From contig NIVC01000575.1 in assembly GCA_002269645.1 (NCBI GenBank), positions 310,001-374,000 of the forward strand: 64,000 nucleotides of DNA. Reading direction: 5' to 3'. The notes below the pieces were generated by a model that was not told where the DNA came from, ran no database searches, and saw nothing but the letters and a program-made list of their open reading frames with translations. Both the position numbers and the translations under genes were made by a program. Shown piece after piece: positions 36,301-47,006 of the stretch. This stretch comes from Macrostomum lignano (Eukaryota). Position 1 is the stretch's first letter. Every line of letters begins with the position of its first letter.

Positions 36301-37330
36301 ATATCATGATTTAGAATTTCAGGATTAGGATTAGGGATTTCAAATTGTGTTTGAGGATCTCAGGTAATTAATAATAACCAGTACTAAACGTATGCAAGCG
36401 GTCGAACTGAATTCTAGCTTACACTAAGCGTTAAAGCGGTGCATTTACTGAGCTGTGCAATGCGAATGAATGACTGAAAGCTGATTGATATTCTTTATTG
36501 CACCCCTATGTTATTATACATTCAATGCGACAGAAACCTTTTTTTTCTTTGTTATAATGTTGACCTGTTGTGTACTGTACAGATTTGTGCATGATTTTAC
36601 TGTTTGGTCTTTTGTTCTGTCATAGCCCATGTGATAGTACTCGGTAATTTTTTATTGGACAACACAGTTTGGCTTCTGTGCACTTCAAAGCGATAGGCTC
36701 ATTGGAAACTACAAAATAATGTTTTGTTTTAATTTCACAATAATATTTCGCGTGAATTGAAATTCTGTCTTACATTCTGCGCGATTTAATTACTCTATCA
36801 GTGTCTTTCCTTATAAGCTAGCTGTTTTTTATATAGCAATCAAAATCTTCTTGAGATGCTGGTTATTCATTCAATATTATATAAGCAATTCAGAGCGATA
36901 TTATGTTGTCCTGGCATTGTCTTTTTAGTTCTGTTTTTATATGTTGTTTGGTACGCTAATTCGTTCTGCACTTAATTTCTCTTTTAATACTTGACCTGCA
37001 GTGCATCCTTAATGCAGGGGTTTTATAGATTAAATTTATCCGCTTAATTATGCTACTTTAACTAGTTTCTAGTGCGCGTGCTATTTGATTATAAATGTGC
37101 ATCGAACTAATTTTCACGTTTTCATTATGTTGCTACAATGATTTATAATTGGGTTTCTTTTTGTACATTTATTTCCATAGCGATATATAATATGCTGTAG
37201 ATAAACTAATTGATCTACAATGTTTTCATTGTGAATAACTACATGATGTACTTTATTGTAGACCCACAAGCCCAAGCAAGTTGTTATAAGCTTTTCTAAG
37301 GCCTAAATTTTGCTGTAAAATGTAGCAATT

Positions 37331-37450
37331 ATTAGTATCCAGTAGTCTCTATTAGTATCCAGTAGTCCCTATTAGTATCCAGTAGTCTCTATTAGTATCC
37401 AGTAGTCTCTATTAGTATCCACTAGTCTCCATTAGTCTCTAGTAGTATCC
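37331..37450. repeat. 20-bp minisatellite (ATTAGTATCCAGTAGTCTCT)
   Basis: About 6 copies. Confidence 0.85.
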
Positions 37451-37631
37451 TGAGAAAGTATACTGAGAAAATATTTCTTGCATGGGGGCTATAGGTTTTA
37501 TTGTCTGAATCTAAATTACATTTTTGAATTTGAGATCCATAGTCAGGATGCCATACAAAAATAGAAAATCTAGATAAAATTGTCAGCTTAAACTGATCGG
37601 ATTTGATGTTTCTCTACTGCTGAAGCAGCAG

Positions 37632-40600
37632 ACGCAACCTGGAGGGCATCGTCAAGCAGCTGCTGGTTGGGCAGCCGGCGGTCTGTCTGACAGACCTGTC
37701 GGTTCCTTACGGCCCGTCCGGGCGTCACCGGCTCTCAGTTTACCTGGTCAATATTAAACGGCTTCTAAATCCAACATTTAAATCCGCTTGTCAAGTTGCC
37801 GGCATTCCGGCGCAGGATTTGGTGCACGCTCTCGCTGCGCTGTACGATGTTGCTCTGGGCTCCATGGAGACTGAGATTATCTATTCGACTGTGTCTGGGG
37901 ATAATACCTACAGTTTGGTTGCTGTGCGAGAGCCTGAGGAGGCTTTGGCAGCGGCTGAGGCGCGGGCAGAGAGAGCTCTGGCTGCTGAGAGGAAAAAATT
38001 GCAGAAACAGCAGGAGGAGAGGTAAGGGCTGAGCTGGGATATCTGCTGGCTATCTAGCTTGGGGATCAATGGGATATCTGCCGGCTATCTCTATTGGGGA
38101 TCAATGGGATATCTGCCGGCTATCTAGCTTGGGGATCAATGGGATATCTGCCGGCTATATAGCTTGGGGATCAATGGGATATCTGCCGGCTATCTAGCTT
38201 GGGGATCAATGGGATATCTGCCGGCTATCTAGCTTGGGGATCAATGGGATATCTGCCGGCTATCTAGCTTGGGGATCAATGGGATATCTGCCGGCTATCT
38301 AGCTTGGGGATTTGAATGACCAATGGGATATCTGCTGGCTATCTACCTTGGGTATGTGAAAGATCTATGGGATATCTGCCGGCTATCTAGCTTGGGATGC
38401 GAATGATCAATGGGATATCTGCTGGCTATCTAGCTTGCGGATGTGAATGATCAATGGGATATCTACTGGCTATCTAGCTTGGGGATGTGAAGGATCAACG
38501 GGATATCTACTTGCTATCTAGCTGGGGGATGTGAAGGATCAATGGGATATCTACTGGCTATCTAGCTGGGGGATGTGAAGGATCAACGGGTTATCTACTG
38601 GCTATCTAGCTGGGGGATGTGAAGGATCAATGGGATATCTATTGCTTCAGAGTAGCTTGTGTGTCCGAGTACCTGCCCATGTTGCACCACTCCGTCCGTG
38701 AAACTGTCTGATTAATAGTTCGGCATCTGGCGACCCGGCGGGCGAGCCTCAGCCAATCGGAGAGGCCCTGGCGCAGGCTCGCAAGGCCCTGTACGTGCCG
38801 CTGTTAGCAAAGTACACTCCGCCAGACGAGGCCGAGTTGGACCACTTTGAGCCAGAGCCGGAGCGAACCTCCGACTTTGTGCAGTTCTACTCGTCTGATG
38901 AGGACGGCGAGACCGGTGGCGACGGCGACGGCGAATGGGAAGATGAGGACGACGATGATGATGAAGATGATTTCTCAGTCGGTTATCGCGGCTTCATCCG
39001 GCGGCAGCTGGAATCGCGAATTCAATTTGAGGCTCGAGCGGCTGATCGGATAAAGGCGGCTGACGGTGAGCTGGGCGGATGCCTCATCAGCATGGCTAGA
39101 GCGGATCTGAGCAGCCTTGATCAACTAATGACCAACACGCTCCGCCCATCCTGAAACCCAAAAGTACACGCTCCACTCACTCTAAAAGTACACTCCTGCT
39201 CAAGCCAGAAGTACACACCTATCCTTACTCGCCCAAATGCACACAGCTATTCGTCCAAAAGTACACCCCACTGTCCACTGGCTTCAAAAGTACACAGTCA
39301 AACTCGGTAGCCAACAGCCAACATGTACATTGCGCAAAGACCAACCAACTCGAAACAACACCAACCAACTCCAAGCACACCAACCAACTCGAAACAACAC
39401 CAACCAACTCGAAACAACACCAACCAACTCCAAGCACACCAACCAACTCCAAGCAACACCAACTGTTGACAGAGAATCCAAAGAATCGAGAATTCAGCAC
39501 TTGGCGACTAGCCTTACATTTGGAAATTGTAGCAAATAACAATTCAACAGGGGGATACACGCCGTCTAGTCTTGCTAGGTATATTTATTCTCAATTTCTT
39601 AAGTAGAAGGCGGGGTTGACACAGGCTTTAGCGGGGGGTTGTAAATGTGCATGAACTACTATGTACTCGTACGTTAACCAATCAGAATGGGGGGTAAGAA
39701 AGGCGGCGTGAGGCGCGGAGGGGGGCAGGTAAAATTGGCAAATGATAAGTCATAGTACAGACGTACAATGAAATAAGCAAAACCTTTACTCTTCAATCCA
39801 CCATCCAACTCCAACCAAGAGCAACCAACTCCAACCAACTCCATACAACACCAACCAACTCGAAACAACACCAACCAATTCCAAGCAACACCAACCAACT
39901 CCAACCAAGAGCAACCAACTCCAAGCAACACCAACCAACTCCAAACAACACCAACCAGCTCTAAGCGACACCAACCAACTCCAACCAACTCCAACCAAGA
40001 GCAACCAACTCCAAGCAACACCAACCAACTCCAAGCGACACCAACCAACTCCAAGCAACTCAAAACAACACCAACCAACTCCAAGCGACACCAACCAACT
40101 CCAACCAACTCCAACCAAGAGCAAGCAACTCAAAACAATACCACAACCAACTCCAAGCGACACCAACCAACTCAAACCAAGAGCAAGCAACTCAAAACAA
40201 TACCAACCAACTCCAACCAAGAGCAAGCAACTCCAATCAACCCCAACCAACTCCAACCAAGAGCAAGCAACTCCAATCAACCCCAACCAGCTCTAAGCGA
40301 CACCAACCAACTCCAACCAACTCCAACCAAGAGCAACCAACTCCAAGCGACACCAACCAACTCCAACCAAGAGCAAGCAACTCCAATCAACCCCAACCAA
40401 CTCCAACCAGGTGCCACAGAAGGCGCACCAAAAAGCTCAACCAATGAAGCCAAAGCCGCCAACCCCGCCGTTGTGGATCGGCTCGCGGGGGCGGCCACCT
40501 TCGATTTGAAAACTGTGGAGGGCGAGCGCGTCGTCCACCTGGTCTTCCTGGCCGTCCGATCTCGGTTCCGCCGGGCTGGCCTGGGCAGCGCCCTGCTCCG

Positions 40601-43233
40601 CAGCCTCAAGGATCCCGCCATCGTGGGCCGCCACTCCGCTGTGGTTGTCCACGCCGATCCCGACGCCGTGTCCTTTTTCGCCCGCTGGGGCTTCATCACC
40701 GACCCTGTGATGAACGAGAAATGGAAAGAGTTCGCTGATCAGTTTTATAACTGCACTATCATGTCCTACCACCCGCCCTGGTCCGCCTTCGCGCCCGATC
40801 ACCCGGCCCTGCCCTACTCGCCTCGGCTCGAAGCCAAGGAGATGGAACGGCAGTTCTTCGCTAATCGGGCTCAGCAGGTGAGGCAATGGATTTCTTTGAT
40901 GCGCCGCTCCCTCCCCGATCCTTTGATGTGCCGCTATACCTCCCCGATCCTTTGATGTACCGCTATACCTCCCCGATCCTTTGATGTGCCGCTATACCTA
41001 CCCGATCCTTTGATATGCCGCTATACCTCCCCGATCCTTTGATGTACCGCTATACCTCCCCGATCCTTTGATGTGCCGCTATACCTACCCGATCCTTTGA
41101 TATGCCGCTATACCTCCCCGATCCTTTGATGTACCGCTATACCTCCCCGATCCTTTGATGTACCGCTATACCTCCCCGATCCTTTGATGTACCGCTATAC
41201 CTCCCCGATCCTTTGATGTGCCGCTATACCTCCCCGATCCTTTGATGTACCGCTATACCTCCCCGATCCTTTGATGTGCCGCTATACCTCCCCGATCCTT
41301 TGATATGCCGCTATACCTCCCCGATCCATTCATGTATCGCTATTCCTCCCCGATCCTTTGATGTGCCGCTATAACTCATATCATTTGATGTGCCGCTATA
41401 CCTCCCCGATCCTTTGATGTTCCGCTATACCTCCCCGATCCTTCGATGTTCCGCTATACCTCCCCGATCCTTTGATGTACCGCTATACCTCCCCGATCCT
41501 TTGATGTGCCGCTATAACTCATATCATTTGATGTGCCGCTATAACTCATATCATTTGATGTGCCGCTATAACTCATATCCTTTGATGTGCCGCTATAACT
41601 CATCCTTTGATGTGCCGCTATAACTCATATCATTTGATGTGCCGCTATAACTCATATCCTTTGATGTGCCGCTATAACTCATATCATTTGATGTGCCGCT
41701 ATACCTCACCGATCCTTTGATGTGCCGCTATACCTCCCCGATCCTTTGATGTGCCGCTATACCTCCCCGATCCTTTGATGTGCCGCCACCCTCCTAATTT
41801 TTCAAGTATCGTTGCCGCCACTAACTACCCCAGGCGTTTTCAGTGCTTATCTATATAAGCCGATGCGTAACTCGCACTCATCCATCCCCAACTTGCATTT
41901 GTCAGGTTAAGTCTCTAAACTCCCAAACAATTCTATTCGAACGAATGCGCCACGAGCTGGCCCATCTCCGCCTGCTGGTGCAGTCCAGGGACGACCTGAT
42001 TCGCTCGCTCACCGAGCAGCTGCGCTTAGCGACTTGGGTCGGTACCGAAGGCGGCGAGGCAGCTGACGGGCCTCAGAAGGCGGCTTCTCTGTCGGACGCG
42101 CCAGAGAGCGCCGCCACCGTAGAAAAAACCGATCCGGCTGTTCCAGCGCGCTGGCGCCAAGCTGCCGCGCGAATTGAGCGCGGTCTGAACTCCGATCCCC
42201 GGGCGCCGAATGGTCGGCACCGGGTCATTGCGGTGCGCGAACCCGCGACCGCTCTGTCCGAGTTGTGGCGCCAGCAACAGCAGCAGCAGCACGCGCAGTG
42301 CACCCAGCTGTACCTGTGCGGACCACGGCGGGCCGAGGCCTGCGAGGCTCTGCTAGAGCGCGGATTCACCGGAGCTGAGCACATGGAGCAGGTAGGGGCA
42401 CCTTGCTTGCCCTCTCTGGCCCTTCACTAGCCGTGTAAAGAAGTTACAGATAGTTTGAATATTAATAATTGATTTCACCTGCCCCAATGAGGCCAGATGT
42501 CCAACCGACAGCTCAGCCGCAGCTATTGCGCAGCGCATCTGAAGGCTGCGTACGGCTGTTCAGTCCAAGGACTGGGGGGAGGGGGGGTCGCCACACACAC
42601 CCTCAATTACCCCAGCTAATGCTGGCACCCATTTTACAGCTGGGTGAACTGAAGCAATGCAGAGTTAAGTGTCTTGCTCAAAGACACAAATTGTTCCGAG
42701 TGGGACCGGGAATCGAACCCCCGACCTTCTGTCGTGAGTCCGACGCTGTAACCACTAGGCTACAACCAACCTATATAAATAATAACTAGATTTGCGTGTA
42801 AACTACTTGCAGTTCAGTAGAAAGTAAACAAGAAGCATTTTAATGTATTTTTAGGCAAAAGTCGCTTATTTTAGTAAGACTTAAATTTTAGGCGACGTAA
42901 AATCGATGAACATTATCTTTTAAAAATGCAACACTTTGCCAGGGCGCATTCGGCTTAGGCTTCTATTTGAGTCCCTCGCCGCTCACGGCTGCCCTGTACG
43001 CTCCATCCGGGATGCTGCTCCTCGTCTGGGCGGCCCTCGGCGCCACCGAGACCGTCGTGTCGCCCTGCCGCGGCCGCGCCGGCCCCTCGGCCGGCTACCA
43101 ATCGCTGCTGTGTCCTGGCCGTTCGGCTTACAAAGGCGACGATAACTTGGCTAGGGAATACCTGGTGTTCGATCCCAGGCAGCTGTCGCCCTGTCTGCTA
43201 GTGCTGTACAAAGACGATGCTGGTGATGAATGA
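37632..43233 (+). CDS. GNAT acetyltransferase + PARP-like ADP-ribosyltransferase-fold fusion protein, 5'-incomplete; exons 37632-38021, 38651-39065 (1-nt frameshift near 38702), 39473-39578, 40411-40877, 41906-42391, 42943-43233
   Basis: Six GT-AG exons with compatible phases (2,1,2,0,0). GNAT motif: VHLVFLAVRSRFRRAGLGSALL..ADPDAVSFFARWGF. PARP-type motifs: LYLCGP, GAFGLGFYL, MLLLVWAALG, REYLVFDPRQLSPCLLVLY. An acidic linker and coiled-coil segments are present. The start exon was not found. Confidence 0.78.
38033..38640. repeat. 35/43-bp intronic minisatellite (GGGATATCTGCCGGCTATCTAGCTTGGGGATCAAT)
   Basis: Period 35, later with a GTGAAG-type insert; it fills almost the whole intron. Confidence 0.92.
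39335..40410. repeat. CCAACCAACT-based degenerate minisatellite in two blocks (39335-39465, 39790-40410)
   Basis: Direct reading; the blocks flank the 106-nt exon at 39473-39578. Confidence 0.88.
40895..41785. repeat. 29-bp intronic minisatellite (CCGCTATACCTCCCCGATCCTTTGATGTR)
   Basis: Period 29, about 30 copies including shorter ATAACTCATAT variants. Confidence 0.94.
42571..42771 (-). mobile_element. tRNA-derived CORE-type SINE
   Basis: Head with A box TAGCCTAGTGG and B box GGTTCGATTCC, followed by GTCTTTGAGCAAGACACTTAAC...CAGCTGTAAAATGGG, which matches the CORE/MIR-type segment. Confidence 0.8.
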
Positions 43234-43565
43234 TTTTCATTTTCATTTGTTTTGGCGTGTAGTTTCTGTGCAGTTTCAATTTCTGGTGTTGTGTTGTTGA
43301 AATTTCACTGCGATCAGTTTTGATATTAGAGAAAAAATGAATGATTGTGGTTTAAGAAGTTGCCTTTGAAATCTGCTTATTTCCGTCCATGCGACCCTGT
43401 TTTATTGCTGTTTTTTCACTCACTCTGTCAACTCTATTCCTAGATTTTTGGTACGATTTGTTACTCTGCTTTTTATCTTCTGGCTGTGCTAACTTTACAC
43501 TCTTTTATTAGTTTTGTTTTGTTCTCAGTTGAAGCCTTGAAGGATTGACTGCATGCAATCACCTT

Positions 43566-44160
43566 ATGTAGCCACAACCCCCGCCCCATCCAGGCCCCTG
43601 TGTAGCAACGACCCCACAACCACCACCCCATCCAGGCCCCTGTGTAGCCACGACCCCACAACCACCACCCCATCCAGGCCCCTGTGTAGCAACGACCCCG
43701 CAACCACCACCCCATCCAGGAACCCGAAACCACCACCCCATAAAGGGTAGCCACAACCCCGAAACCACCACCCCATCCAGGGTAGCCACAGCCCCGAAAT
43801 CACCACCCCATCCAGGGTAGCCATAAGCCGAAACCACCACCCCATAAAGGGTAGCCACAACCCCGAAATCACCACCCCATCCAGGGTAGCCACAACCCCG
43901 AAACCACCACCCCATCCAGGGTAGCCACAGCCCCGAAATCACCACCCCATCCAGGGTAGCCACAACCCCGAAACCACCACCCCATAAAGGGTAGCCACAA
44001 CCCCGAAATCACCACCCCATCCAGGGTAGCCACAACCCCGAAACCACCACCCCATCCAGGGTAGCCACAGCCCCGAAATCACCACCCCATCCAGGGTAGC
44101 CAAAGCCCCGAAATCACCGCCCCATCCAGGGTAGCCACAACCCCGAAACCACCACCCCAG
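43566..44160. repeat. 35-40-bp minisatellite (TAGCCACAACCCCGAAACCACCACCCCATCCAGGG)
   Basis: Period 35 (43861 to 43896); the first units are longer. Confidence 0.9.
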
Positions 44161-44629
44161 CCAGCTGGGGTTAGCTTTATATACACTTTGTTATTAGCTT
44201 TTGTAATTTTTAGCATTCGCTACTATTAGTAGCTGAATTTTAGTGCCAATTAAAAAAATTAACTTTAAGTAACTTAAACAGTGCTTGATATTTTGGTATG
44301 CAGCGTCATACGCAAGCTATGTTACACCAAATTCAACGAAAATCAAGATTTTTATCTTATTGTTTTTCTTCTACTTTCCTAATCTACTTAGGGTTTTCCT
44401 TCGGCATGCCTTATCTGAACAAACATTTGTACTGGTCGCGCATTCTTGCATTCTTCCAGCTGATGCCTGCCACGATATTCGATTTGCTGATTTAATTTTC
44501 AAAATAAATATTGGTATATCCGAATGCACTTACTTATAATAGTTTACCGTTAAAATATTTAGAGGTCTCGCTTTTTGCGGTATTCTTTGTTACAAAGTGC
44601 AACTACCAACGAGAATTGAATAAAAAAAG

Positions 44630-45240
44630 GGCGGATTTAAGGAAGGAGAGGGTGGTTTTAGGAAGGAGAGGGCGGGTCGAGGAAGGAGAGGGCGGGTTGA
44701 GGAAGGAGAGGGCGGGTTGAGGAAGGAGAGGGCGGGTTGAGGAAGGAGAGGGCGGGTTGAGGAAGGAGAAGCCGGATCGAGGAGAGAGAGAGAGGGCGGA
44801 TCTAGGAAGGAGAGGGTGAAATGAGAAAGGAGAGAGCGGATCTAGGAAGGAGAGGGCGAAATGAGAAAGGAGAGAGCGGATCTAGGAAGGAGAGGGCGAA
44901 ATGAGAAAGGAGAGGGCGGATCGAGGAAGGAGAGGGCGGGTTGAGGAAGGAAAGGGCGGTTTCAGGAAGCAGAGGGCGGGTTGAGGAAGGAGAGGGCCGG
45001 TTGAGGAAGAAGCCGGATCGAGGAGAGAGAGAGGGCGGATCTAGGAAGGAGAGGGCGAAATGAGAAAGGAGAGAGCGGGTCGAGGAAGGAGAGAGCGGGT
45101 TGAGGAAGGAGAGGGCGGGTTGAGGAAGGAGAGGGCGGGTTGAGGAAGGAGAGGGCGGGTTGAGGAAGGAGAAGCCGGATTGAGGAAGGAGAAGCCGGAT
45201 TGAGGAGAGAGAGAGGGCGGATCGAGGAAGGAGAGGGCAG
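44630..45240. repeat. 20-bp purine-rich minisatellite (GGAAGGAGAGGGCGGGTTGA)
   Basis: Period 20, about 30 copies. Confidence 0.9.
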
Positions 45241-45944
45241 GTTTCAGAATGCAGTACATTGAATTTGTTGTGCTACATGTAATCTGCCTGCTTGTCTACG
45301 GCAGCTCCCCAAGCTGCTATCCAAGCTTAATTTGCTAACGGCAGCTTTGCTTAACCTGAGATTCTAGTAATCCACTTTCACAAGGCGCAATGAATTAAAT
45401 TCGAATAGCCCAATGTTAAGGCGTTACTTTTCAAACAGGCTCGTTCGTTCAATAATCCATAATCAGTGTGCATTGTACTGCAATAATATATATAATATAT
45501 GCAGTCGTATGTACAGCAATTATATTAATTTATTCACCGCAAAGCAGCAGAGAAAGAGATTATCGCATTGAGACTTCGGTCATGTGAAGGCTTCGTGCAG
45601 ACAGGCAGCCGCGTGCTTTCACAAATCGTTAGGAATATTGGAGAAAGCAGAAGCAGTTAGTCATCTTTCTATAAAAATATAAAATCCTTGATTTTCTTAG
45701 AAATGAGATGGAGGCCAGGTGTACATGGTTACTGGCTTGTCCTTGATTCGTGGGTGCCGCATGATCGCGGTGGACTTGCGAGCGAGCGATCGCTGGCAAG
45801 AGCCAGTTCTTGCAAATAGAAAGAGAGATATTGAATATACGAGCATAATGAACTGTGGAAGCAGGCAAGAGGGAACAAGCGGGTGATGAATTACAGAATA
45901 CAGACATGCATGGCACTGACAACTGACCGGCTGTTGTGGGCGCC

Positions 45945-46563
45945 ACTGTCTAACAGGTAAACGCTACTGTCTAACAGGTAGACGCTACCGTCTAACAGGT
46001 AGATGCTACTCTCTAACAGGTAAACGCTACTGTATAACAGGTAGACGCTACTGTCTAACAGGTAAACGCTACTGTCTAACAGGTAAACGCTACTGTCTAA
46101 CAGGTAAACGCTACTGTCTAACAGGTAAACGCTACTGTCTAACAGGTAAACGCTAATGTCTAACAGGTCGGCGCCACTGTCTAACAGTTCGGCGCCACTG
46201 TCTAACAGGTAAACGCTACTGTCTAACAGGTAAACGCTACTGTCTAACAGGTAAACGCTACTGTCTAACAGGTAAACGCTACTGTCTAACAGGTAAACGC
46301 TAATGTCTAACAGGTCGGCGCCACTGTCTAACAGTTCGGCGCCACTGTCTAACAGGTAAACGCTACTGTCTAACATGTAGACGCTACCGTCTAACAGGTA
46401 GATGCTACTGTCTAACAGGTAAACGCTATACTGTCTAACATGTAGACGCTACCGTCTAACAGGTAGATGCTACTGTCTAACAGGTAGACGCTACCGTCTA
46501 ACAGGTAGACGCTACCGTCTAACAGGTAGACGCTACTGTCTAACAGGCCAGCGCCACTGTCCA
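45945..46563. repeat. 21-bp minisatellite (CTACTGTCTAACAGGTAAACG)
   Basis: Period 21, about 29 copies. Confidence 0.93.
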
Positions 46564-47006
46564 ACAGTGCTTTCACAGTCACTCATGCTAATACATGTAA
46601 ATAGACGGAATCGCAAACCTTATTTTTTCTTAGAAAGCAAGGCTATTCAACAAAAAGCGCAGAGTCAAGCGGCACAAGGAACAATACTACAAATAAATGA
46701 ACGAGTTTTTCGAAAACAAGACGCTCTCTTCGTTAGAGTCTTTTGGAAGCAGACTTTGGAAGCTAGCAAAAAATAATAATTAAAGCAAGCATTATATCGT
46801 GACGTTTAGTTTTTTGTGGTTGCTTGTGCCCCAACTTCACTAATCCAAAGACGAAATGCCATCTTCAAGGTACTACTTATATAAGTAGGGTTTATCAGTC
46901 GGTCCTCAAGTAAAGAAAAAGTTTTCGAATTCTAACTGCAAAAATAGCGAAAGACGCTATTTTTACTGCTCGAGAGGTGCACAGATTTTAAAACGGCGCC
47001 GAAATA

